From NCBI RefSeq assembly GCF_009914755.1, contig NC_060925.1: DNA of 64,000 nt. The stretch is one strand, 5' to 3'. The DNA is from the human T2T-CHM13v2.0 reference genome, Homo sapiens. The notes under the pieces were generated by a model, which had not been told where the DNA came from, ran no database searches, and worked only from the letters and a program-made list of their open reading frames with translations. A program made the position numbers and the translations under genes. Positions 28,884-42,719 of the stretch are shown here, piece by piece (positions within the stretch are counted from its first letter, which is position 1; each line of letters starts with the position of its first letter).

Positions 28884-28892
28884 TGACTCAGC
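28884..28892 (+). promoter_or_regulatory. Antioxidant response element TGACTCAGC (candidate NFE2L1/NFE2L2-sMAF site) in PSMA5 intron 1
   Basis: Exact TGACnnnGC core, ~200 nt into intron 1 and inside the CpG island. Proteasome genes are established NFE2L1 targets. Confidence 0.6.
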
Positions 28893-29086
28893 GGTAGGAC
28901 AAGTGCCGCCGATGTGGTCTAGCTTGGGGAAGGACGGCGGGCGCCTGAGGAGGGCATAACATCCCCAGGTCCGGCCAGTCTCGGGTTCCTGGGGAGCCCC
29001 ATGACACGGCAGAACCCAGGCCGCGCGGCCAGGTCCCGGGCCTGCCCACCCATAATTCCCACCCGACGTCCCCCAGCTGCACGGAC

Positions 29087-29115
29087 CTGTCGTACTCAGA
29101 CCGGGTAAGAAACAT
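29087..29115 (-). CDS. PSMA5: PSMA5 exon 1 coding part (MFLTRSEYDR)
   Basis: GCC-ATG at 29115-29113; donor AG|GTCCGT (GT at 29086-29085); 29 nt; YDR motif. Confidence 0.97.
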
Positions 29116-29949
29116 GGCGAGGGTAGGAGGAGGCAGCGGCTACGCGGGGATTCTGAGGACCAACACGACTCCACCGGCACCCAACTCACCGGCAGCCAAC
29201 TCACCCACACGGCCGCAGTACTAAGGACCAACTGCGCGTGCGACCGCGACCTCTTTAGCCCGCCCTCCTGTGCCTGCTTCCTATTGGCTGGTAGTAGTTC
29301 CCGCCTAGGTGATTGGGCCAACGCGCTTCCTCACGAGGGCTTGGTTGGTCCGGAGGAGGAGGAGGACCAGGGAGGTACTTCCGCCTTAAATCGCGGGTGG
29401 TTGCTAGGGACGATAGGCACCCAAGGCGTGTAGTGAGTTCGCCTTGTAGAGAAGATGTGAGCCCGCCCCAAGACTGGCAATTGGAAAGGCTTGCATGCAG
29501 AGCTGGGTTGTCTGAACCCTGACATAATAGGTCCCTCGCCGGCTCCCGTAATCCCAGCTAGAGGACTTTGGTCCCGTTTCCGGCAAGGCCACCACCTGAC
29601 TTCTCTTCGCAGGATTCCCTCTCTTAGGGTTCCTCCACGGTGTTCTCCATGCCCGGTCGAGGGCTCCAGGACTTTGGGCGGTAATGAGTCGGCTACAGTG
29701 GGTCTGAGCCGGCGCCGCGGACGAGTCCCTTCGTTTCAGCCAGTTTGGCTCGTTTATTGAGAAAAGTGGGGGGCGAGGGGTTAGTATGTAAGAAAGTCTT
29801 AAAGTTTCCACATGGTTAAGGTAATTTTATCAACTCTTTCTTGCACCCCTCCCCCTAGTACAGGTTTCAGACCTAAATAACCTGGAGTTCAGGATCCAGA
29901 CTTCAAAATATTCACTGCTTTTTCTGTTGTTTGTGAAAAATAAGTGTTT

Positions 29950-32410
29950 TCTTTGAGCCCAGATCGTGCTATTGCACTCCAGCCTGGGCAACAGCCAAAC
30001 CCTATCCGAAAAAAAAAAAAAAAAAAAAAGCGCTTTCTTTTTCGACGCTTCTTGCTTCCCTTCAATAAGTTGCTTGAGGAGCAACTTTGCAGCTTCGTAA
30101 TAACACTGTAATTCAAGTATTTGTTCAAGAAAGGCAAGTAAGAAGTCTTGGCACGGGGGTGGGGAATATAGGGAAATGTTGGTCAAATGATACAAAGTTT
30201 CAGTCAGAGAAGGTGGATGAGTTCTATAGTTAATAATCATATATTGTGTACTTGAAATTGTGAAGAGGGTACACCTTAAATGTTCTCACCACAGGAAAGT
30301 ATGTGAGATGATGGATTATGTTGATTAGCTTCATTTAATTATTTGCAGTGTGTGTGTGTATATATATGTATATCAAAACGTCACGTTGTATACCATAAAC
30401 ATGAACAATTTCTATTTGTCACTTACACCTTAAAGCTGGAGTCGGGGGAAAGAAATCATTTATCAGGCAGTATATGCTGGAAAGGGAAATGCCAGCATCT
30501 CATTTCCAGTTGTTAATGTGATACCACTAGTCAAGTCCTTAACCTCTCAAGGCCTGTATCTCTCCAGTAAAGTTCATTCTTGGTCCTAGATTAGGTTTGT
30601 AAGTCACCAAGGCATTTCAAAGGTGCAGGAAATGTAAAAATAAGCCTTTTGAGTATTAACCAAGATTAGTTTTCCCCACCCTTTATTTTCTGACTTCCTT
30701 CATGGATTCAGTAGGAGTTTAGTTTGGTCATCCCTGGCCAATCAGATGTTTAGCACTAATAAAACTGAGGAAGAACTCCAAGTAGCAATCCTCTGGGATC
30801 TGTTAGATTTCTGAGAAAAGAATGGTAATTTTTAGCTTTCTTGTCAGCTTTCTGACAAGCTTTTTTTTTTTTTCACCTTATCAGTTATTTTCTATGGAAA
30901 AGTCTTGGTCGTAAATTCACTACAGCTGCTCTTTAGAAGTTCTTTTATGGCCAGGCACAGGGGCTCACGCCTGTAATCCCAGTACTTTGGGAGGCCGAGG
31001 TGGGTGGATCACGAGGTCAGGAGTTCAAGACCAGCCTGGCCAAGATGGTGAAACCCTGTCTCTACTAAAAATACAAAAATTAGCTGGGCGTGATGTTGGG
31101 TGCCTGTGATCCCAGCTACTCGGAAGGCTGAGGCAGAGAGTTGCTTGAACCTGGGAGGCAGAGGTTGCGGTGAGCCAAGATCTCACCACTGCACTCCAGC
31201 CTGAGCAACAGAGTGAGACTCCATCTCAAAAAAAAACCAAAAAAAACGGAGTTATTTTACTACGTAGGTACTTTAGCATAATATTTCCTGAGCACCCAGG
31301 GTTCCATGGTGCTCTGCAGACCCTATCAATGTCAGAGACAGTAGTGAATTGCTTACGAAATGTTCTTGAATGTAGAATCTCCTCTGGGTAAATGTGTTTG
31401 TGCTATATATAACATAAATGAAGGGGAGCTGCAGGTAATTGTGGATAGGAAGGAAAATCTTTTCTCCCAAGAGAGTGCATTGTAACAATCTAGCAGCTAG
31501 CATAATGTGTCTTTGAAAGAAATAAAATGAGAAATTAGCTATTTAAAAGTAATTGAAGTTAAAATGTGTGTACGTACAAAGGAATATTGTTCACCCTTTA
31601 AAAAGGAATGAAATTCTGATACATGCTACAACTTGGATTAGACTTGAAGACCTTATGCTAGGCGAAATCTCAAGACACAGAAAGACAAATATTGTATGAT
31701 TCTACTTATGTTCGGTACCTAGAATAGTCAAATTCATAGAAACAGAAAGTAGAATAGTGATTATCTAGGGCTGGAGGAAAAGGGGAATGAGGAGTTAATG
31801 GGTTTAATGGGTACACCATTTCAGTTTGGGATGATAATGAAGTTCTGGAGATGGATTGTAGTGATGGTTGCACAACAGTGTGAATGTATTTAATGTCACT
31901 GAATTGTACACTTAAAAATGGTTAAAATGGTAAGTTTTATGTTAGGATATTTTACCACAACAGAAATAATTTTTTAAGTTAAAGGGGGGAAAAAGGAAAA
32001 TAATGGAAATGTGAGTTCTTTGAGGGTCAGTACTCTCTTGTTCAGCCTAGCACCTGGCATATGCTCTAGATACATTTGTTTAGTAAATAAGTATTTATTT
32101 TTTTAACTTTTATTTTAAGTCCAGGGTGTATGTGCAGGATGTGCAGGTTTGTTATATAGGTAAACGTGTGCCATGGGGATCTGCTGTACACACCATTTCG
32201 TCACCCAGGTATCAAGCCTAGTATCCACCAGTCATTTCTCCTGATCCCCTCCCTCCTGCCACCCTCCGCCCTCCAGTAGGCCCCAGTATGTGTTGTTCCC
32301 CTCCGTGTGTCCATGTGTTCTCATCATTGAGCTCTCACTTGTAAGTGAGAACATGTGGTATTTGGTTTCTGTTCCTACATTAGTTTGCTAAGGATAATGG
32401 CCTCCAGATA
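29950..32410. repeat. Upstream repeats: Alu 3' fragment with A-tail (29950-30029), L1M 3' end (~30150-30440), Alu (30949-31247,+), L1MB-like 3' end (~31560-31965,+), L1PA-like 3' end (~32090-32410,-)
   Basis: Recognisable L1 3'UTR and Alu motifs. Confidence 0.8.
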
Positions 32411-33538
32411 AGGATTGATTGATTGATTGATTGCTATAGGCATACTAGTTCCATAGACATTAATATATGTGTGACTTGGAGAAGTAGAGTAAGTAGAAAA
32501 TTCAGAATTTCAAATAGCCACTTTAAAATGTTTTTAAGTACTGTATTTCTTTAAATTTTTTAAATAAAATAGACAAAAGTTTGGTTGGCTACACCTTTTT
32601 AGGTGAAATATACTGAGAGATGCGGACTCTTCCTCATTGGAGAAATGTAAGTTATTTAGACATTAATAAAAGTTCTGCGTTCACCCATAGAGTGAGAGTT
32701 CTCAAATATTTTGGTACTATTTTGCACATTTTTGCAAAGAAAGGAAGATCATCCTTAATTGAAAGCTGCCATGATTATTTTACAGATGAAACAAACTGTA
32801 TTGCAGTAAAGATACTTTTTCAACTATAGATTGGAAGCTGTGTCATTCTACTGGAAGTAAATGAAGTAGTTTGGTAAAGTTAATAGCCCGATAAATGTTG
32901 AAAATACTCACATTTGTTAGCAAACATCATATATGAGTACTTTGTGTCAGACATTCCTGGGTGAGGCAGAAAATATGTGGAGAATTTAAAAAGTGATTCC
33001 AAATAAATTTAGGTCCCTTTGCTCTTTCTAAATATTACATTCCCCAAATCCATTTATCCACATTTATCTCTAGTAACTACAATTTGTTTATGTAAAAAGA
33101 CATTTTAGATTTGGCTGCTTCCCTGTGTGTCATTTTTTACTTCAATCACTTTGTAGAGTATTTTTAAATAACAAAGGTTTTTAACTCAAGGATATAGAGA
33201 GGTTTAGCTAGCTTTGATTCTTGCAAACCCCTGAAGAAATAGAAAATGAACAGTTCTGGCCAGTGACTTAGCATGGCAAGAGTACTAATGCAGGCCCATT
33301 GCTGCATAATCTGGGACTACTCTAATGGGAAACTTTGGCTTATAGACGCCCCCATCAGCCTAGCTGAAATTTTCTTAGAACTGCGCTGCAGTCTGAGACC
33401 CTGCCTGTGCAATCCTTTCTTTTCTCTCTCCTTCATAGGTGCCAGACTTATATCACAGTCTGGAGCATCTCCCACCTTCTCCTGCTCTCATCCCTTTTAT
33501 CCTTCATAGATGTTTCTGCCAATTGATCTCTTACATGT

Positions 33539-33938
33539 TTTTATGGGCTGAATTGTGTCTTGCCCCAAATTCAGAAGTTAAAGCCTTAACCCCCAGTATC
33601 TCAGAATGTGACTGGAGCTAGGACCTTTAAGGAAGTGCTCAAGTTCAATGAGGCTGTTAGGGTGGGCCCTAATCCAGTCCTGACTGATGGTTTTATAAGA
33701 AGAGGGAATTTGGATACACAGACACCAGGGGCAGGTGCACACAAGAGAAACGGCCACGTGAAGACACAACAAGAAGGTGGCCATCTGCAAACCAAGGAGA
33801 GAGGTTCAGAAGAAGCCAGACCTTCTGACACGTTGATCTTGGACTACTAGCCTCCAGAAGTGTGAGGAAATACATTTCTATTGTTTAAGCCACTCAGTCT
33901 GTGGTATTTTGTTATGGCAGCCCTAGGAAACTAATACA
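33539..33938 (+). mobile_element. MLT1-family MaLR solo LTR inserted in the ERV-L 5' LTR
   Basis: ttatgggctgaattgtgtc...ggcagccctaggaaactaataca; 5-bp TSD CATGT (33534-33538, 33939-33943). Confidence 0.85.
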
Positions 33939-35528
33939 CATGTCAAATCTCATTTTGGCCTTTGCCTCTCAGAGGACCCAAACTAACACAGATGGCGCTA
34001 GGGGAGATCAGGAAGACATAAGATGGGGTTTCAGGACTGACTCACTTACTACTTGTTGGGCAAAGAGGATGCCATCCTGCACAGTATAGGAGCTTGGGTA
34101 GTTCCTAGCACAAGGTGGTGACCCAGTTGCTAAAGATTTTCATCAATGTTGACCTGGGAAAATATCCCAGTGAACTTAAAGACCTTGCAGATACAATTTC
34201 AGGCATTTGAAATATATGGGGGAACAATGCCTACAAGGACAGTGGAGATGCTTAGATACTGCTAAGTTATAGCAATACTCTGAAAAGGGATGAGAAAACA
34301 AAGCTTACACTTGGTTAATGGCCAAATGTGAAAGACAGAGGGTCTCTTTAGTAGCCTACAAAGAGTCATTTATTTTCTGCAATGGAAAAGCTAACATGGA
34401 TGAGTGACAGACTTCAGACATGATAGAGTCACATATTCCAGACACATTGAAATGTGCAGCCAAACAGGTCAGGGTTCTTATTGGGAAAGCCAGAGACTGA
34501 AACAAAGGATGGGACATCTGGGTGGACATCCATATGGATGTTTGCTCTGCAGACCTCTGTGTACTTTCAAAACTTGCAGAAGTGGTCTGCCTCTCTATAT
34601 TAAGAGTGAGTACTTCCCCCAAACTGAAAGATACTGCAGAGCTACTCTCCGACCAAGAAGCACAGGAGTTGCCCCAAATTCCTCTCCTAGCCCCTCCAGG
34701 CCAATAGCTAGAGGTAAATACTAGCATAACCCAGCTAGGAAGATGCTGGGCCTGACAAAGGAGGAAAAACAATAAGAATAAATTCGCGTATGCAGACAAG
34801 CCGGGGAGCACTCAGGGATTGGATTTTGAGGTTGCTTGATCAAGGGAACTGAAATATAAAACAGTAATCAAGATTCATTGACTTGGGGGCACTTCTTGAG
34901 ACACAGAATTTAACACCCTAGCAAAGACTCAGACATAAAGTCACTTTTGGGAAATTCTTAGAAATCTGGAACAAGTGATGACCAATGCTGAGCAAAGTAA
35001 AAATGAGTTACCCTAGCATATGGTAGAAGAATGAATTTAAAAATAATTTAAAATAATTTAAAAATTCATTCTTCTACCATATGGGGGAAGTGAGTGTTTT
35101 CAATTGATGTATTATGTGAGAGCAGAAGACCCTTTAGAGGATTATGGTCCACAGAAGGGTCAAGAAGATGCACCATTCACCAAGGCCATCAGAAGTCCTC
35201 TGTTAAGAGGAATAGCAGCATCACCAAATAGTTTTCTGCAGTCCTGGGCTGACAATTGGAGAAGCAGTCACTGAGTTGGGCTTATTAATAACTATGAGAA
35301 TTATATCACCCCACCTCCCAAGTAATAGAGGCCAGATGGTGGTGCTTAGTCATCAGAATCCAGAAGTCCAATTACCAGTAAGAGCAGCAAGATCTGGGAA
35401 GAGTAGCAAAGTAGAAATGTCTGAATTTTTCTGATGTATGGTAGGGGCCATTCCCTACTTTAGTCATATATTTCTGTAGACTCTGTTGTATTGTAGCTGT
35501 CAGACATGGAAAGATGTAGTTTGGAGTT

Positions 35529-35840
35529 TGTGATGATTAATTTTTTATCAACTTCACTATAGGGTACCCAGATATTTGATCAAATATTCTAGGCTTGTCT
35601 GTGAGGGTGTTTCTGGTTAAGGTTAACATTTGAATTGGTAGACTGAGCAAAACAGATTGCCCTCCCAAATGTGAGTGAGCCTCATCTAATCAATTGAAGA
35701 CCTGAATAGAATAAAAAAGCTAAGAGGGAACTCCTCCTACCTGACTACTTGAGCTGGGACATTGGTCTTTTCTGGCCTTTGGACTGGGACTGGAACATCA
35801 GCTCTTCTTGGGTGTCAAGCCTACCAACTTTCAGACTTTA
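35529..35840 (+). mobile_element. MLT2-family LTR fragment
   Basis: tgtgatgattaatttt...cagattgccctcccaaatgtgagtgagcctcatc. Confidence 0.7.
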
Positions 35841-36105
35841 ATTGGGCAGAAGCCAATGGTCTGGCCCTTTCACAGGGGGTCTGGAAGGCAAAGGACTGGA
35901 AAATCAAAGACAAGGAGGTCTGGGATAGAGTTACGTGAATGAATATATGGAAGTAGTCATGAGGTGTGAAGTTTTTATCTCATGTATCTACAAGAGAAGA
36001 GGCACTAAACAATCAAGAAGGCAAAATGAGTCAGTTGACATTACTAGGCTTAATCATTGGCCACCTAGGAACCAGCATCATGGGCACTTTTATGGGCTAA
36101 ATTGC

Positions 36106-38651
36106 TGTCTTTGTCTGTTCAGATACTGCTTATTAGACATACCTGAGACTGGGTAATTTATAAAGGAAAGAGGTTTAATGGACTCAGTTCCACATGGCTG
36201 GGGAGGCCTCACAACCATGGCGGAAGTCAAAGGAGAAGCAAAAGCACATCTTACATGGCAGCAGGCAAGAGTGCATGTGCAGGGGAACTCCCCTTTATAA
36301 AACCAGACCTTGTGAGACTTATTCACTATCACAAGACTTACTATCATGGGAAAGATCCACCCCCATGAGTCAGTTATCTCCCACAGGGTCCCTCCTGTGA
36401 CATGTGGGAATTATGGGAGCAAAATTCAAGATGAGATTTGGGTGGGTTCAGAGCCAAACCATATCATTCTGCCCCAGCCCCTCCCAAATTTTATGTCCTC
36501 ACATTTCAAAACCAATCATGCCTTCCCAACAGTCCCCCAAAGTCTTAACTTATTTCAGCATTCACTCAGAAGTCCACAGTCCAAAGTCTCATCTGAGACA
36601 AGGCAAGTCCCTTCCCCCTATAAGCCTGTAAAATCAAAAGCAAGTTAGTTACTTCCTAGATACAATGGGAGTACAGGCATTGGGTAAATACACCAATTCC
36701 AAATGGGAGAAATTAGCCAAAACAAAGAAGCTACAGACCCCATGCAAGTCAGAAATCCAGCAGGGCAGCCAAATCTTAGAGCTCCAAAATGATCTCCTTT
36801 GACTCCTTGTCTCACATCCAGGTCATGATGATGCAAAAGGTAGGCTCCCACAGCCTTGGGCAGCTCTGCCCCTGTGGCTTTGCAGGGTACAGCCCTGCTC
36901 CTGGCTGCTTTCCTGGACTGGCGTTGAGTGTCTGCGAGTTTCCTGGGCACACAGTGCAAGCTGTCGGTGGACCTACCATTCTGGGGTCTGGAGGATGTTG
37001 GCCTTCTCACAGCTCCACTAGGCAGTGCCCCGCTGGGGACCCTGTGGGGCTCTGACCCCACATTTCCTTTCTGCACTACTCTAGCAGAGGTTCTCCATGA
37101 GGGCCCTGCTCCTGCAGCAAACTTCTGCCTGAATATCCAGGTATTTCCATACATCTCTGAAATCTAGGCAGAGGTTCCTAAACCACAATTCCTGACTTCT
37201 GTGCACCTGCAGGCTCAACACCACGTGGAAGCTGCCGAGGCTTGGGGCTTGCACCCTCTGAAGCAATGGCCTGAGCTCTATGTTGGCCCCTTTTAGCCCC
37301 AGATGGGACACAGGGTACCAAGTCCCAAGACTGCACAAAGCAGCAAGGCCCTGGACCCCGCCCATGAAACCATTTTTCTCTCCTAGACCTCCAGGCCTGT
37401 GATGAGAGGGGCTGAGGTGAAGACCTCTGACATTCCCTGAAGACATTTTCCCCATTGTCTTGGTGATTAACATTTGGCCCTTCATTACTTATGCAAATTT
37501 CTGCAGCTGGATTGGATTTCTCCTCAGAAAATGTGTTTTTCTTTTCTATTGCATCATCAGGCTGTACCTTTTCTGAATTTTCATGCTCTGTTTCCTCTTG
37601 AAGCCTCTTCCACTTAGGAATTTCTTCTGGCAGATACCTAAATCATCTCTCTCAAGTTCAAAGTTCCACAGATCTCTTGGGCAGGGGCAAAATACCACCA
37701 GTCTGTTTGCATAGCAAGAGTGAACTTTACTTCAGTTCCCAACAAGTTTCCCATCTCCATCTGAGACCACCTCAGCCTGGACTTTGTTGTCCATATCATT
37801 ATCAACATTTTGGTCAAAGCCATTCTACAAGTCTCTAGGAAGTTCCAAACTTTCCCACATTTTCCTATCTTCTTCTGAGCCCTCCAAACCATTCTACCCT
37901 CTGCCGTTTCCCAGTTCCAAAGTCGCCTCCACATTTTTGGGTATTTTTACAGCAACACCCCACTCTACCAGTACCAATTTACTGTATTAGTCTGTTCTCA
38001 TGCTGCTAATAAAGACATACCCGAGGCTGGGCGCAGTGGCTCACACCTGTAATCCCAGCACTTTGGGAGGCCGAGGTGGGTGGGTCACGAGGTCAGGAGT
38101 TCGAGACCAGCCTGGCCAAGATGGTGAAACCCCACCTCTACTAAAATTACAAAAATTAGCTGGTTGTGGTGGCAGGTGCCTGTAATCCCAGCTACTTGGG
38201 AGGCTGAGGCAGAGAATTGCTTGAACCCAGTAGGCAGAGGTTGCAGTGAGCCAAGAACACACCACTGCATTCCAGCGTTGGTGACACAGCAAGATTCTAT
38301 CTCAAAAAAAAAAAAAAAAAAAAAAAGACATACCTGAGACTGGGTAATTTATAAAGGAAAGAGGTTTAATGGATTCACAGTTCCACATGACTGGAGAGGC
38401 CTCACAATCATGGCAGAAGGCAAAGGAGAAGCAAAAGCACATCTTAATACATGGCAGCAAGCAAGAGGGCATATGCAGGGAAACCCCCCTTTATAAAAGC
38501 ATCAGACCTTGTGAGACTTATTCACTATCATGGGAAAGACTCGCCCCCATGATTCAATTACCTCCCACCAACTCCTTCCCACCACACACGGGAATTACGG
38601 GAGCTACAATTGAAGATGAGATTTGGGTGGGGACACAACCAAATCATATCA
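36106..38651 (-). mobile_element. Full-length THE1 (MaLR) element LTR-int-LTR, with an Alu (38026-38326) in one LTR, inserted into an MLT1 LTR (~36088-39058)
   Basis: Paired LTRs ~36106-36466 and ~37984-38651 around the internal region; 5-bp TSD ATTGC (36101-36105, 38652-38656); Alu TSD aaagacatacc.gag. Confidence 0.9.
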
Positions 38652-39559
38652 ATTGCCCCCTACTCAATTCATACATTGAAGACCTAACCTCCAGTAGCTC
38701 AGATTGACCTTATTTGGAAACAGGATTGTTGCACATGTAATTAGTAAAGATGAGTTTATACTGGAGTAGGGTAGACCTGTAATTCACTCTGACTAGTGTT
38801 CTTATAAGCAGATGGCCACGTGAAGACAGATACACAGTGTGAACACCATGTGAAAATAAAGGCAGAGATCAGGGTGACAACAGAAGCTAAGAGAGAGGCA
38901 TGGAACAGATTCTCCTTCATAGCTCTCAGAGGGAACCAACCTTGCTGACACCATGATCTCAGACATCTAGCCTCAGAACTATGAGACAATGCATTTCTAT
39001 TGTTTAAGCCACCACGTTTGTGGTACTTATGTTATGGCAGCGCTAGGAAACTAATACCATCACATAAATGGAGTGGCCACAGTGGCAGGGATAGAGGCTA
39101 TGTATGGGCTCCAACTTTCCAAGGCTGATCTAGCTACTGATGATCTTTACTGTCAGCATCAAAGACTAATGCAGAGTCCCCAATATTGGCACTATTGAGA
39201 CCAACTGGCCACTTGGTGACAAGTTGACAATACTAGGTCTCTTCTACTTCTGGGGGTTTCAATAGTTCATTCTCACAGTGATGGATGTCTAATCTGGGTA
39301 TGGGTTTTCTTTTCCTGCCCACAAGTCCTCAGCCAGGGTTTAAAATATGGAGTTTAAAATACAGGTTTAAAGTATGGGGGTTTACAGAATGAGTGCCTGA
39401 TCCACAAGCATAAAATTTTTTGTAACATAGCATCCAACCAGGGGACTTGCTTCATGGTAAAAGAGGAGCGGGAGTGGGCCTGTGGTCATGACATCCACTG
39501 ATCATGCCATCATACCATACCATCCAGAAAAATCTGGCACTTTAAAGGGCTGGAATGAG

Positions 39560-40200
<641 letters not shown>

Positions 40201-40314
40201 GAGTGACTTTCTAAAGGCACGGGTGACGTTACACTCAGAGGCAACACTCTGAAAGAATTGGATGCTATCATTCTGGATTTGTTATATACATTAAATCAGA
40301 GGCCTTTGTAATTC

Positions 40315-40991
<677 letters not shown>

Positions 40992-41885
40992 GGCCCTAAT
41001 AGGAAAAATACTTGGGTCCACTAACCAAGGAGTAGATGTGGGAATAGCCCCACTTCTCTTCACTATCAATGACCCAGTAGAAGATTTTGTGCTTCCCATA
41101 CTCACAAATGTGGGATCTGTAGGGCTGGAGGTCCTAGTCCCCAAAGAGGTTATGCTCCTATTAGGGATCACAGCAAGGGTCCCATCGAACTACAAGCTAT
41201 GGCTGCTGCTGGGCATTTTAGACTCCTTATGACCAGATATCAGGAGGCAAAAAGAGGAGTCACCATCATGACAGGAGTAATTGACCCTGATCAGTAAGAG
41301 GAGATAGTGCTGCTTTTTACAGAGCTGATGTGATTCCACTTGGGCATCTCCTGATACCTTCTTGCTCCATGTGGCTGAATGAATACATGCAGCAAATCTG
41401 GCCTGAGAAGGGTATGGTTAACAGGAGCCCAGACCACCATATAAACCACCAAGACCTGCTAAGGTGATAACGGACGGTGAGGGGAATTTGGTGTAGATAG
41501 TGGAGGAGAGAGAGGATCAGTAACAACTGTGGCCCCCAGACAAGTTGCTATAGTTTGTCACACTAACCTTCGTCATCAAGTTTTCCTTTAGCAAGAAAGG
41601 CCCATGGGAACCATAGAAAAATTTCTTCCCAAACCTGTGTGAAAAAGTAGATCTGTCGGGCTCAAAGAGTGGGCTGTAGTGGTTATGAAAGTGGGCCTCT
41701 CAGATTTCCTGCTATGGGAGAATAGTTCATTGATGACCCCGACTGCTGACCTTCTGGATCAACCAATGTGTTTGCAGCTGAGGCCATGCTTCTTAGGAAC
41801 TATTTTTAGCCAGTGACTAAGCATGGTGGGGTACTAATACAGGCTCATTGGGACTTCTCTAATGAGTCACTTTGGTTCAAAGCTC

Positions 41886-42345
41886 AGAGGGAAATTTAGA
41901 GAAAGAAGCAGCAAATTTAATGCAAAGAAAACAAAGGAAAGGAAATAAACATTAGAAATCAATGAAATAGAATGCAGGTATCCGAGAGAGAAAATCAACA
42001 AAACCAAAACTTATCTTCTAAAACAGAAATGAAAATTCATCAACTCTTACCAAGGGTGATCAAGAAAATGTGAAAGAAAACACATTACCAATATCAGCAA
42101 TTAAAAAGGGGGACATCATTATAGGTCCTGTAGACATTAAGAAATACAGGAGGATACTATAAACAACTTTCTACCGTTAGAGTTGACAATTAAGATGAAA
42201 TGGAAAATCTTAGTGAAAAACAAAATTTACCAAGACCAAAACCAGAATAAATAGAAAATTTTATATTTTAGAAGAATTGAATTCATAATTCAAACCTTCC
42301 TACAAAGAAAACTCCAGATGGCTTCACTGGTGAATTCTTTCCAAG
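41886..42345 (+). mobile_element. Old L1 ORF2 fragment truncating the ERV-L 3' LTR
   Basis: A-rich, L1-like aaactccagatggcttcactggtgaattc. Confidence 0.75.
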
Positions 42346-42719
42346 ATATATTCTGCTTTTAGAAAGGCATAAAAGACATATTCATACTTTCTAATGCTTG
42401 TATATTACATGCTCTATTCGTGGCTTAACTTCCCCCTGCTTCCGTGCATCATTCATTGAACACCTACTATGTTTCAGGGCATGATGCTAAGTGTTATAAA
42501 TACAAAGATGAATGAAGAGTTTTTTGGTGGGGGAGGGACTTTGAGGTTGATGGAAGAAGAAGATATATATAATGTAAATGTAGCGAATTCTGTGCTAATG
42601 ATGATATGTATAAAGTACTATGAGAGATTGTGATGAATCCAGGGAAGAGAAGGCTTCCCAGGCATGAGGGGTGAAAAAATATGGCATGTGGTATAGGCAT
42701 AAAAATGACTAGAAAATAA

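Larger units (their letters stand above)
28770..29760. promoter_or_regulatory. PSMA5: PSMA5 CpG-island housekeeping promoter
   Basis: CpG-rich. NRF1-like TGCGCGTGCG at 29233-29242; CCAAT at 29283-29287 and 29312-29316; ETS/GABPA ACTTCCG at 29377-29383; YY1-like AACATGGCG over the start codon at 29111-29119; ACTAC (ZNF143/THAP11-like) half-site near 29291-29300. Confidence 0.85.

Noticed and set aside
28830-29811. ORFs of 163 aa and 135 aa across the PSMA5 promoter
   Set aside because: CpG-island artefacts with no recognisable protein similarity
36346-37990. ORFs up to 169 aa in THE1 internal sequence
   Set aside because: Fragmented MaLR internal ORF remnants; no intact protein
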